Positions 38,636 through 47,073 are shown, numbered from the stretch's first letter. The stretch is 64,000 nucleotides of DNA from an uncultured virus (IMG/VR IMGVR_UViG_3300047315_000487) (IMGVR_UViG_3300047315_000487), one strand, 5' to 3'. The notes: generated by a model from the sequence alone, not told the origin. Program-made: numbers and translations.

Positions 38636-38800
38636 TCAGTCGCCGTAGTTCTCGGGGAGTCCGTGGCGTCGGAGCCACTCGCTCTCCATGGAGTTGGAGC
38701 CCTGCAACTCGTAGTAGGCGCGGGCGTCGTTGACCTCGTCGTCGGTCATCTCGCCGGAGGTCTTCGGGTACCAGGACTGCTTGGTGTGGTCGGTGCTCAT
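38636..38800 (-). CDS. Hypothetical protein (54 aa)
   Basis: Manual translation; GAGAGGA RBS. Confidence 0.5.
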   Translation of the reverse strand: MSTDHTKQSWYPKTSGEMTDDEVNDARAYYELQGSNSMESEWLRRHGLPENYGD

Positions 38801-38836
38801 GGGGTTCCTCTCGGATGCGTCGGATGGTCGGGCTAG

Positions 38837-39136
38837 TCAGACGAGCTGCAGGTCTTCGTTGGCGTCGTACAGCAGGCGGTCGGCCTGGGTGAGCAGCCGC
38901 TTCCGGGTCTTGGTGTCCTTCGCCCCGAGGTGCTGCACGGCGCGGAGGATGTCGGCGGCTCCGGTCAGGCATTCGCGTTCGTAGCCGAGCGGGCTGAGTC
39001 GGTTGAGGACCGCGCCCAGGAGGTCGGCGAAGCCGGCCTCGGTGCAGTCGTCGGCGTCGAGGGTGATACCGACGGCCTCGGCGATCGGGGCGGCGTAGTC
39101 GGCGATCAGGGTGTCGACGGTGATGGGCTTGGTCAC
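38837..39136 (-). CDS. Hypothetical protein
   Basis: GGAG RBS; operon context. Confidence 0.6.
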   Translation of the reverse strand: MTKPITVDTLIADYAAPIAEAVGITLDADDCTEAGFADLLGAVLNRLSPLGYERECLTGAADILRAVQHLGAKDTKTRKRLLTQADRLLYDANEDLQLV

Positions 39137-39153
39137 GGGGTCTCCGGTCGGGT

Positions 39154-39378
39154 CTAGTAGGCGGGGCCGTCGACCTGGCGGACGTACAGCCGCACACCGG
39201 GGTGTTCGGCCTGGGTGCGCAGTACGTCCTGGACGATGCTGTTGAGGGATCCCGGGCCGCCGACACCGCCGAAGCTGAGGAGCTCTCCGGTGGCGTCGTT
39301 GTAGACCCGGTAGTTCATGTCGACGTCGGAGGTGTCCTTGCGATCCGGGAGGGACTTGCCGTTCCAGCGGTCGGCCAT
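39154..39378 (-). CDS. Hypothetical protein
   Basis: GGAGG RBS; coupled to upstream ORF. Confidence 0.55.
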   Translation of the reverse strand: MADRWNGKSLPDRKDTSDVDMNYRVYNDATGELLSFGGVGGPGSLNSIVQDVLRTQAEHPGVRLYVRQVDGPAY

Positions 39379-39502
39379 CACCGGCCTCCCTGCTGGCGTC
39401 GGGCGTCCTCGATGGCCTTCTGGGCGCGCGCGATCTCGGCCATCCGCTGACGGGTCTGCTCGGCCAGCGCGCGGGCAGCGGCGCCCTGATCGGATGCGGC
39501 GC

Positions 39503-39733
39503 TCACTTGAGCTCACCCCCGTCGAGCTCCCGGTTGACGCCCCCGACGAACGCGACCTTCATGGCCGGGGTCATCCGGTACGTGGTCTGCCAGAACGCGC
39601 CACGCTCGTCCTGGCTCGTCAGGGTGAGCAGGCCGCCACCATCGGGGGTCTCCTCGACCTTGAACATCGTCAGGTCGTCGATCAGCGGGGCCGGGGCCGC
39701 GGCGGCGCCGGGCTGGATCGCGTACACGATCAC
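39503..39733 (-). CDS. Hypothetical protein
   Basis: Protein-like C-terminal part of listed ORF. Confidence 0.5.
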   Translation of the reverse strand: MIVYAIQPGAAAAPAPLIDDLTMFKVEETPDGGGLLTLTSQDERGAFWQTTYRMTPAMKVAFVGGVNRELDGGELK

Positions 39734-40015
39734 CACCCCCGCACGGCGGCGGCCAGTCGACGCAGCGCCCTGGCGAGTGCGAGCCTCGGCGGCAGATCCG
39801 GAATGATCGGCGGGAGGCCGCTCATCGCGCACCCCCGGGCTGCTCGCCGTGCTTGGCGGCGTTCCCCGACGCGTCCTGGTAGGCGGCCTGGTAGTGGCCG
39901 ACACTCCCGGCCGACGGGTGACCGGGCGTGGCCTGGATCTCCACGATCCGCGCGGCCAGACCGTTGGCACGGTTCTGCTCCTCGGCCGCGAACGCCGGAG
40001 ACGGAAGGTCGGCGG

Positions 40016-40264
40016 TCACCGGACGCCTCCCACCGCGAGTTGGTTGGGCTCCAGCGAGAAGAACAGGAGGCTGAACGCTCCGAACTCCTCCTGCATCTGC
40101 TTCAGCAGGAACCGGTAGCACTCCGCTCGCGTATTCCCGGGCGGCACCATCAGGAAGCCGTCGCGGACGCTCGCGAGGCCGCCACGGGCCTGGATCGAGA
40201 TGATGTAGTGGTACTCCACGGCCTGCGAGTCCTGGGCGGTGGGCTGCTCGGTCGCGGCGATCAC
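40016..40264 (-). CDS. Hypothetical protein
   Basis: GTGA-coupled ORF. Confidence 0.55.
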   Translation of the reverse strand: MIAATEQPTAQDSQAVEYHYIISIQARGGLASVRDGFLMVPPGNTRAECYRFLLKQMQEEFGAFSLLFFSLEPNQLAVGGVR

Positions 40265-40647
40265 AGCGCACCGGCCATGGCGCGCTCGGCGGTGACCTCG
40301 GCACGGAACTGCCGGTCGAGGTCGTAGCCGATGACGTAGTTGAACTCGCTGTCGGCCTCCAGGTACGGGGTGGCCTCCAGCAGCCGGCTCATCGCGGCGG
40401 CGAGCACCGGCGTCGGGATACGGCGGGCGGTCGAGGCGAACGACTCGTACACCTCGAAGTCAGCGGCCTGCCAGTCGGCGACCGGAACCTCGGCGGTCAG
40501 TGCGCCGGCGTCGGCGGTGTGGAACACGATCGGCGCGAACACCTGAGCGGACGGCTTCGGCGGGTTCGAGGCACCCGGGGTGCGCTTCGGGAGAGGTGCG
40601 GCGGACATGGCGGGGGTGGTCGGGCGGAGGGCGGTGGCGGTGGTCAT
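40261..40647 (-). CDS. Hypothetical protein
   Basis: ATGA-coupled to Xis-like gene. Confidence 0.6.
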   Translation of the reverse strand: MTTATALRPTTPAMSAAPLPKRTPGASNPPKPSAQVFAPIVFHTADAGALTAEVPVADWQAADFEVYESFASTARRIPTPVLAAAMSRLLEATPYLEADSEFNYVIGYDLDRQFRAEVTAERAMAGAL

Positions 40648-40913
40648 GATGCAAGCTCCTCAAGCTCAGTGACAAGGCAGTCGTTCCGGTACGCCTGCAC
40701 CACTGCCTCCGGGATCCGGATAGCGCCTCCGCGCCGGGGGTCGCCTTCGGGTCGGGGCTGGCCGTACCGGATGGCAGGCAGCTCGCCGTTGGCGATCCAG
40801 CGGTAGACGGTCGGCTTGGAGACGCGCAGAACCTCTGCGGCCTCCCGCACGGTCAACAGGTTTGGGCTGGCGGGCAGCATCTGGCGCTCCAATCCAGGAG
40901 TAGGGGCGAGCAC
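40644..40913 (-). CDS. Excisionase-family (HTH_17) DNA-binding protein
   Basis: LLTVREAAEVLRVSKPTVYRWIANGELPAIR..IRIP. Confidence 0.85.
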   Translation of the reverse strand: MLAPTPGLERQMLPASPNLLTVREAAEVLRVSKPTVYRWIANGELPAIRYGQPRPEGDPRRGGAIRIPEAVVQAYRNDCLVTELEELAS

Positions 40914-40916
40914 TCC

Positions 40917-40948
40917 TCAACTGTAGGTGCTGTCTTGAGAAGTCACAA
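40917..40948 (-). promoter_or_regulatory. sigma70-type promoter for xis/transfer operon (probably leaderless)
   Basis: TTGTGA-17 nt-TACAGT, 6 nt before the GTG start. Confidence 0.6.
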
Positions 40949-41062
40949 CCTTCTCGCATGCCTGAACCGCTCCCGTAAGCCCCGCGCCACCTTTTGAACT
41001 GCGCTTATGGTGGTGAAAGTGTTGGATGCCTCAAGAGAAGTCGCCTACTAGAGGAGCTGGAC

Positions 41063-41599
41063 ATGGCCGACGCACACTGGAAGGGGTCGTCGACGCCCTA
41101 TCTGAGCGATGGGCAGGGTGATGTCTGGCAGCAAGAAGCAGCAGCTCTGGGGCGTTCTGGCACTCAGCGGATTACCTGGGCTGGCGAGACGGAAGCGCCA
41201 GAAGAGATCAGGGCCGCGCTCGGCCTAGCCGCCGGCTCGGGCGTGATTGCGCGACAACGGCTCATCCTTCTGGATGAGCAACCGATCGAACTCGCGAACT
41301 CCTACTGGCCCAGCAATGTGGCGGGCGGCACCAATCTGGCGCAGCCCCGCAAGATACGCGGGGGCGCCGTGTCGCTGCTCGCCGATCTCGGCTACCGGCC
41401 CGCGTCCGTTGACGAGCAGATCCGAACCCGTCCACCAACGGAAGAGGAGATGCGCGCCCTGGAACTCACCGATGCGCACGAGTGGGTTCTCACCCTTACT
41501 CGCGTCATCGCCAATGATCACGGTCGGCCCTACGAGGTGTCAGTCATGGTCAACCCCGGCCGCATTGGGCGGCTCCACTACTCAATGAAGGTCGACTGA
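41063..41599 (+). CDS. UTRA-domain-only protein
   Basis: RQRLILLDEQPIELANSYWP, RPPTEEE motifs; no N-terminal HTH; GAGGAG RBS. Confidence 0.8.
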   Translation: MADAHWKGSSTPYLSDGQGDVWQQEAAALGRSGTQRITWAGETEAPEEIRAALGLAAGSGVIARQRLILLDEQPIELANSYWPSNVAGGTNLAQPRKIRGGAVSLLADLGYRPASVDEQIRTRPPTEEEMRALELTDAHEWVLTLTRVIANDHGRPYEVSVMVNPGRIGRLHYSMKVD

Positions 41600-41600
41600 C

Positions 41601-42365
41601 ATGGCAAACGAGAACGAGGACGAGGCCACCGTCTGGTCAACGCAAGACCAGATCGCTGCCTACCTGCGCGACGGGATCCTGTCAGGCGACTTCCCGCCGG
41701 GCAGCAAGCTCCCTTCCAGCAGAGACCTGACCGAGCGGTTCGGCGCTGCCGCGCAGACCATCCGCAACGCGGTGCTCACTCTCACAGCGGAGGGCCTCGT
41801 CTACTCGCGACAGGGCTCGGGCGTGAAGGTCCGCGAGCATCCGCAACGGACCATGGAGCCGGCGAGCTACAAGACGCCACCCTCCGCCGGAGGGAAGTAC
41901 CAGTGGATCAGTGCGGCCGAGAAGAAGGGCTCGTCCGGCAGTAGTGAGTTGCTTGTCGTCGAGGAGGTCGTCCCTCCCGTGGCCATCCGCGAGGCGCTCG
42001 GCCTAGCCGACGGCGAGTCGGCGCTGCTGCGGCGACAGGTCCTGTTCCTTGATGACAAGCCGTGCGAACTGGTCGAGGTGTACGTGCCGCTCGATCTGGC
42101 TCGTGAGACCGCCATCGCCGCGAACCGGAAGATCAGGGGTGGGGTGGGGCGAGTGCTTGCGGAGGCCGGGTTCCCCCCGTTGCGATGCGTGGACAAGGTG
42201 TCGGCTCGCTGGCCCACGCCGGAGCAGGCTCGGGCCCTGAAGATGCCCACCAAGCTGCCGGTGCTGCGCACCTTCCGGGTGACGTACAGCGTGGACGACA
42301 GGCCCATCCAGGCGGAGATCATGGCGAAGGCGGGCCACCTGTACGAGTTGCAGTACGAGTTCTAG
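41601..42365 (+). CDS. GntR/HutC-family repressor (KorSA-like)
   Basis: GDFPPGSKLPS..L..EGLVYSRQGSG wHTH plus UTRA; divergent from transfer operon. Confidence 0.88.
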   Translation: MANENEDEATVWSTQDQIAAYLRDGILSGDFPPGSKLPSSRDLTERFGAAAQTIRNAVLTLTAEGLVYSRQGSGVKVREHPQRTMEPASYKTPPSAGGKYQWISAAEKKGSSGSSELLVVEEVVPPVAIREALGLADGESALLRRQVLFLDDKPCELVEVYVPLDLARETAIAANRKIRGGVGRVLAEAGFPPLRCVDKVSARWPTPEQARALKMPTKLPVLRTFRVTYSVDDRPIQAEIMAKAGHLYELQYEF

Positions 42366-42373
42366 CCCGCCCC

Positions 42374-42401
42374 AAGCCCCGGCGCGCAACGCCGGGGCTT
42401 T
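42374..42401 (+). terminator. Intrinsic terminator
   Basis: AAGCCCCGGCG / CGCCGGGGCTT followed by T. Confidence 0.65.
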
Positions 42402-42426
42402 GCTGTGCCCGAGACAAATGAGAGCA

Positions 42427-42458
42427 TTGCAACTTCTCTAGGAACCTCTTACAGTTGA
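42427..42458 (+). promoter_or_regulatory. sigma70-type promoter homologous to the xis promoter
   Basis: TTGCAA-17 nt-TACAGT. Confidence 0.6.
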
Positions 42459-42500
42459 CCCCGGAAGGTGGCCCACGCCACACGCACCGTAAGGAGCGGC

Positions 42501-42815
42501 ATGCCCGAAACCCCCGAGCGCACCGCGCTCTACCGGCTCTACGACGCCGAAGATCAGTTGCTGTACATCGGGATCTCCAGCAGCCCTACGCGGCGTTGGC
42601 GGCAGCACGAGCGGGACAAGGGGTGGTGGCCGCAGGTCGCCAAGCTCGTCATGGTGTGGCTCGACTCCCGTCTGGACGCGCAGTCGGCAGAAGGGCACGC
42701 GATCAAAGCCGAGGGGCCATTGCACAACGTGATTGGCACCAAGGAGGAGGAGTCCGAAGTGGCGGTCGAGAACGAGCCCATGGTCTTCAACATGCTCGAC
42801 TTCCCATGGGCGTAG
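42501..42815 (+). CDS. Small GIY-YIG nuclease-family protein
   Basis: ALYRLYD..LLYIGIS..RRW.QH..E..AI..P.HN; AAGGAG RBS. Confidence 0.78.
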   Translation: MPETPERTALYRLYDAEDQLLYIGISSSPTRRWRQHERDKGWWPQVAKLVMVWLDSRLDAQSAEGHAIKAEGPLHNVIGTKEEESEVAVENEPMVFNMLDFPWA

Positions 42816-42868
42816 CCCCCGCCCCCGCCCCCACCCCACCCCGTCCCCGAAAGGAGGTAGCCCCAGTG

Positions 42869-43117
42869 TCACGCTTCCGTGTACGCCACGACGATGACCA
42901 TGCCCAGCGTGGTCGCGTAGTAGATCACGCGGGCGGTGCCCTGCCGGTAGTCACGGAGGGGGCTGTTCGGGAGCGGTTCGCCGATCTTCGGGTCGAGGGA
43001 GATCGCGACGAGCAGCGGGTCAAGGCGCTGCAGCTCGGCGTCGCTCATGAGGGCGAGTTGCCGTTCGGCTACTTCGTGGAAGGTGACGAGGGCGCGCCGG
43101 GGGCCGTGCTTAGGCAA
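42869..43117 (-). CDS. Putative RelE/ParE-fold toxin
   Basis: 82 aa; VTF..AERQL..DP.IG..LRDYR..RVIY; overlaps upstream small gene. Confidence 0.55.
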   Translation of the reverse strand: MPKHGPRRALVTFHEVAERQLALMSDAELQRLDPLLVAISLDPKIGEPLPNSPLRDYRQGTARVIYYATTLGMVIVVAYTEA

Positions 43118-43316
43118 CGTTGTGTGCCTCGTCTTCGAGGGGCGGCAGGCCGCGCTCGGCGCGGATGTCTTCCCAGGGCCGGCACTTCTCCAGATCGATG
43201 CCTTCATCGGCTAGCTGGAGGAGGACGTAGGCGAGGGAGGGATTGCCGGGGAATTCGGCTCGGGCCGCGTCGCGCAGCCCGTCGGCCTCTTCAGGGTCGA
43301 AGACGATGTGTGCCAC
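43110..43316 (-). CDS. Putative cognate antitoxin
   Basis: 68 aa, acidic, PWEDIRAERGL near C-terminus; upstream of toxin-like gene. Confidence 0.55.
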   Translation of the reverse strand: MAHIVFDPEEADGLRDAARAEFPGNPSLAYVLLQLADEGIDLEKCRPWEDIRAERGLPPLEDEAHNVA

Positions 43317-43373
43317 GGCGGCCTCCCGGTTGCGGTGTCATTCCAAGCTAGCGCAGGAGAGGGGGTGAGAGGG

Positions 43374-43628
43374 ATGGATGAGCGGGAGGTCGAGACCGAG
43401 ATGCAGGCTTATGCCCGCGAGATCGATGAGGCGCTGCGCCGGACGCCGGAGCGCGCGGCTCGGGTCGCTGAGCTGGAGCGGGCGGTCGGTATGGCGGAGA
43501 CCCGCGAGGAGGGTCGGGCAGCAGCTGAGGAAGTGGGCCGTCTGCTGGCCGTGGCGGCCGAGGAAGTGAATGCGGCGCGGAAGGCTGCTGGTCGGCCGGT
43601 GCCGCACGACGGAGGCGGACCTGTTTAG
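43374..43628 (+). CDS. Hypothetical helical protein
   Basis: Purine-rich RBS. Confidence 0.5.
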   Translation: MDEREVETEMQAYAREIDEALRRTPERAARVAELERAVGMAETREEGRAAAEEVGRLLAVAAEEVNAARKAAGRPVPHDGGGPV

Positions 43629-43977
43629 GCCAGCTTCGGTGAGCCGTTTCGAGGGGTTCTGGCGGTCGTGATCGTGGCGCTCGGTGATCTTCTCAAAGGG
43701 TGCCATTCCCGGGTCCGCGAGGGTCCGCGCTGCTGCTGGACTCGGAGAATGTTTTTTGTCGATCTTCCCTTAGGGAGCGTCTTGGCTGGCGTTCTTCACC
43801 GGCTGTCATGACCTCCATTTGGCGAGGTGGTCAGATCTGACCGGCGTTTTCGTGGCCGGTTCCTGTAGCCAGATACGTTCCACGCAGCACGACGGCCGGG
43901 GCTAGTGACCCCGGCCGAAGTAACCAGCGGTGTCCGCCGCTGATCAACGAGTCCCAACCATCACGAAAGGACTTCAC

Positions 43978-44460
43978 GTGAAGTCTACAGTCGAACAGTC
44001 GTCCGACACCGCCCCCGCCCCCGTGGCCGCCGTCACCCCGCCTCCGCCCCGCACGTGGGCGTTCATCAACCGCTACAACGGCGATCCGATGGCCTACACC
44101 TGCCTGACCGGCTGCACGAACGACCACGCCCTCGACATCGCCACGCCCACGTTCCCGTCGGACATCTTCTGCGAGACCACCGAGTCGACCGTCACCCTGC
44201 CGATGAACACCGGGCGGGCCATCGAGGAACTGCGCGTCATGGGTGTCGCGCTGCGCGTCGACCCGTTCTCCCGCACCATCGCCGAGCGTCTGCCCTTCGC
44301 GGACTTCGCGATCACCGACGACATCGTCATCGAGGGCCTGGACCCGGACGGCCTGGCCACCGTCCTCAACACCATCGCTGCCCGACTGGGCTCCCTGTGG
44401 GAGACCCACGGCCGCCTGGTCCAGCTCCGCGCCGAATACATGCAGCGTCAGGTGGCATAG
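43978..44460 (+). CDS. DUF6907-like phage protein
   Basis: CLTGCTNDH..DIFC..PF..LDPDGL; GAAAGG RBS. Confidence 0.6.
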   Translation: MKSTVEQSSDTAPAPVAAVTPPPPRTWAFINRYNGDPMAYTCLTGCTNDHALDIATPTFPSDIFCETTESTVTLPMNTGRAIEELRVMGVALRVDPFSRTIAERLPFADFAITDDIVIEGLDPDGLATVLNTIAARLGSLWETHGRLVQLRAEYMQRQVA

Positions 44461-44478
44461 CACTCCAGAACGTAGCAA

Positions 44479-44509
44479 CGGCCGGGCGGTGAACCAGGCC
44501 GCCCGGCCG
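44479..44509. terminator. Hairpin between convergent genes
   Basis: CGGCCGGGCGG / CCGCCCGGCCG. Confidence 0.55.
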
Positions 44510-44522
44510 GCACCTTCATGGG

Positions 44523-44966
44523 TCACTCCGGAAGGAGTCCCCGGCGTTTCAGCTCGGCCACCGCATGGGCGGTGATTTCCCGGACCTGCGCGATCGTGAG
44601 GGTGTCAGTCGAGGCAACTACGGCACTGGTTACCGCCTGGGCGATGTCCTCGTCTTCGAGGACGCGCTTGGGGACCTTGGTGTAGGTGATCTCTTCGGAT
44701 TCATCTTCGATCAGGGTCGGACCGGGGGCGCCCTTGAGGATGTCGGAGATCGACCCAGGGGCCCAGCCAAGAACGGGCTCGATCTTCATGTAGCCGATTT
44801 CCCTGGCGAACTCGCCTCGTTCAATGCGGCGGTAGGTATTGACGGAGGTGCCGGCCGCCGCAGCCAGGGCGTTGATCGACATGCCGAGTTCGTGTCGTCG
44901 CGTCCTCGCGATGACGGCAAGGCGGTTGAGTGGCGTGTCCTGCTGGTCGGCGTTCATGGGACTCAT
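44523..44966 (-). CDS. XRE-family HTH repressor
   Basis: RRHELGMSINALAAAAGTSVNTYRRIERG..LGWAPGS. Confidence 0.82.
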   Translation of the reverse strand: MSPMNADQQDTPLNRLAVIARTRRHELGMSINALAAAAGTSVNTYRRIERGEFAREIGYMKIEPVLGWAPGSISDILKGAPGPTLIEDESEEITYTKVPKRVLEDEDIAQAVTSAVVASTDTLTIAQVREITAHAVAELKRRGLLPE

Positions 44967-44983
44967 AGTGCCAGATTCGGGCG

Positions 44984-45043
44984 GCAACTTCCACACGTAG
45001 TTGCATCATCTTGACTTGAGTTGCATCCCGAATGGTGTAACTT
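44984..45043. promoter_or_regulatory. Divergent promoter/operator region between repressor and antirepressor
   Basis: GCAACT-N9-AGTTGC inverted repeat; AGTTGCATC twice; AT-rich; TTGACT. Confidence 0.55.
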
Positions 45044-45132
45044 CAATAGCAGTGGGCCCGCCCCAGAACGGCCAAGTACGAGGCGGGCCCCTGTCCAGCA
45101 ACCCCTCTGTCAGCAACAGATCGGAGTGGACC

Positions 45133-45936
45133 ATGCCTATGGTCCCATCCACCAGCGCACCGCTGGTGTACGTGTTCCCCGAGACCGCGCAGACCGTGCG
45201 ATCCCTGATGGTCGAAGGTGATCCCTGGTGGGTCGCCCGCGACATCGGCGACGCCCTGGAACTGGGCAACATGCGCTCCTCGCTCGCCCTCCTGGACGAC
45301 GACGAGAAGGGGGTCCACGCCATGGACACCCCTGGCGGCTCGCAGGACATGGTGACGGTGAATGAGCCGGGCCTGTACTCGCTGATCCTGCGGTCGCGGA
45401 AGCCGCAGGCGAAAGCTTTCAAGCGGTGGATCACGCACGAGGTGATACCGCAGATCCGCAAGAACGGCCGCTTCGAGGTCACACCGCCCGAGGCGCCGAA
45501 GGAACTCAATTCCTCCCTGATGGGCATGCAGCCACCGCACGCACAGGCCGAGCTCCTCGTGATCCTGAGTCCGCTGCTCCCCGCGCTCTACGTGACCGCC
45601 ACGGCGAAAGTGATCGTCGCCCGCGCCATGGGCGAGCGGCCCGAGCTGGACCCGGCGGAGACGCCGCTGTACGCGGCGACGTTCCTGGCGGAGAAGGGCC
45701 ACAAGGCGGCCACGGTCAGCAAGTTCCAGTCGGGCTTTGGGTCGCGGGTGTCGAACCGCTTCTTCAAGGTGCACGGCCGCCGCCCGGAGAAGATCCCGGG
45801 CCCTGCCGGCTCGCGGATCGACAAGGTAGCGGTCTACAGCGAGGAGGACCGGCCGCTACTGGAGCAGGTGTACGCGGAACTCGCGGACATCATCGACATG
45901 TTCGAGACCGGCGGCCAGACCGCCATCGGGGCCTAG
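45133..45936 (+). CDS. BRO-N domain antirepressor
   Basis: PWWVARDI..NEPGLYSLILRSRKPQAKAFKRWITHEVIPQIRK. Confidence 0.9.
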   Translation: MPMVPSTSAPLVYVFPETAQTVRSLMVEGDPWWVARDIGDALELGNMRSSLALLDDDEKGVHAMDTPGGSQDMVTVNEPGLYSLILRSRKPQAKAFKRWITHEVIPQIRKNGRFEVTPPEAPKELNSSLMGMQPPHAQAELLVILSPLLPALYVTATAKVIVARAMGERPELDPAETPLYAATFLAEKGHKAATVSKFQSGFGSRVSNRFFKVHGRRPEKIPGPAGSRIDKVAVYSEEDRPLLEQVYAELADIIDMFETGGQTAIGA

Positions 45937-46071
45937 AAGTGCTGACGGCCGGGTGGGATGTGGCGTCCCGCCCGGCCGTTGTCAGATCAGCGGGTGGCCA
46001 CCCGTGCGATCCAAGGAGTTCACCTTGACGGTACAGAGCCGCAGGCACATTCACCAGCAGGCGGCGGTGCG

Positions 46072-46425
46072 GTGAGGACCCATAAGTCACGCCCCAAAAC
46101 GGGCTGGACGCCACTCAGCAACAAGGACGTCGCCCAGAACTACCGCCTGAGCCTGAAGGCGAAGGGCCTGCTGCTGACTTTCCTCTCACACCCCGACGGC
46201 AGTGGCATGACGGTCGAGCGCCTCGCCTATCTCCACAAGGCAGCAGGCGGCAAGGGCGAGGGCGAACACGCCATCCGCGAGGGGCTGAAGGAGCTTCGGG
46301 CTGCCGGGCTCGTCGCCCATGCGAAGGAGAAGGGCAAGAGCGGCCGGTGGCAGACAACGACTGCGGTGAGTGACACCCCGGAGGGTCTGTTGTTGCTGCT
46401 CAGGCAGATCGCACCGGACCCCTAA
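46072..46425 (+). CDS. Small replication-initiator-like wHTH protein
   Basis: WTPLSN..RLSLKAKGLL..LSHPDG..IREGLKELRAAG..GRW, resembling phage initiator N-domains. Confidence 0.65.
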   Translation: MRTHKSRPKTGWTPLSNKDVAQNYRLSLKAKGLLLTFLSHPDGSGMTVERLAYLHKAAGGKGEGEHAIREGLKELRAAGLVAHAKEKGKSGRWQTTTAVSDTPEGLLLLLRQIAPDP

Positions 46426-46493
46426 TTTTCCGGGGTCCGGACGCTCCGGGTGCCGGACGGTCCGGGGTCCCAAAATTGGGGGGTCTCTATAAA
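46414..46493 (+). repeat. Five 16-bp-period iteron-like repeats followed by an A-rich tract (ori candidate)
   Basis: Units start at 46414, 46430, 46446, 46462, 46478. Confidence 0.6.
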
Positions 46494-46656
46494 GAGGGTT
46501 ACTGAAAGAAGGCTGGCTAGAAAATCATCATCCTCAAAGAGAGCAAGCCGCCCGGCTTGCCGCCGCCGTTAGCGCACGCACGCGCGCGAGGCAAAAAGCG
46601 GCAGGCAAGCCAGCAAGCGATCACCGATGACGACCGCGATCAACTGGAGGTAGGCG

Positions 46657-47073
46657 ATGGGTGATGACGTGGAGCGGAAGAGGGCTGAGGAGTTCAGTCG
46701 GTTCGTGACGAAGGCGGCTCGTAGGGCCGGCTATGACGTTGATGGTCAGCGGAGTGGCGGCCGGGTGGCGCTGGCGCGGGCTACGGGCATGACGGGGTCG
46801 AGCGTGGGTCGGATGCTGTCCGGCCAGACGATGCCTGATCCGTGGCGTCTGGAGCGCCTTGCTGACGCCCTGAACGTGTCGCTGGCGGAGTTGCTGGAGC
46901 GCTCGGGTATCGCGTCGCCTGGGGCGGTCCAGGACGGTCCCATCGGGGCGTCTAAGCGCCTTGCCCCGGCCGAGGCGGCGAAGCGGTTGGGGATCACAGA
47001 TCCGCTGCGGATCGCCTTGTTCGAGGCGATGGTGGCCACCCTCGTTGAGCACCCGGGCGAGCGGCCTCGCTGA
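46657..47073 (+). CDS. XRE-family HTH regulator
   Basis: LARATGMTGSSVGRMLSGQTMPD..LADALNV. Confidence 0.82.
   Translation: MGDDVERKRAEEFSRFVTKAARRAGYDVDGQRSGGRVALARATGMTGSSVGRMLSGQTMPDPWRLERLADALNVSLAELLERSGIASPGAVQDGPIGASKRLAPAEAAKRLGITDPLRIALFEAMVATLVEHPGERPR

Larger units (their letters stand above)
30349..42365. mobile_element. Actinomycete plasmid/AICE-type conjugative transfer and regulation module embedded in the phage
   Basis: TraB-like ATPase, Spd-like membrane proteins, DUF2637, Xis-like HTH and divergent GntR-UTRA. Confidence 0.72.

Noticed and set aside
40644..40913. Integration/excision module
   Set aside because: No tyrosine or serine recombinase or att-like duplication seen in the window; Xis-family HTH proteins are often regulators
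45001..45132. N-terminal extension of the BRO ORF (similarly the extensions listed for UTRA, Panacea, toxin and DnaB ORFs)
   Set aside because: Extensions overlap promoters or upstream genes; downstream starts have better RBS or translational coupling
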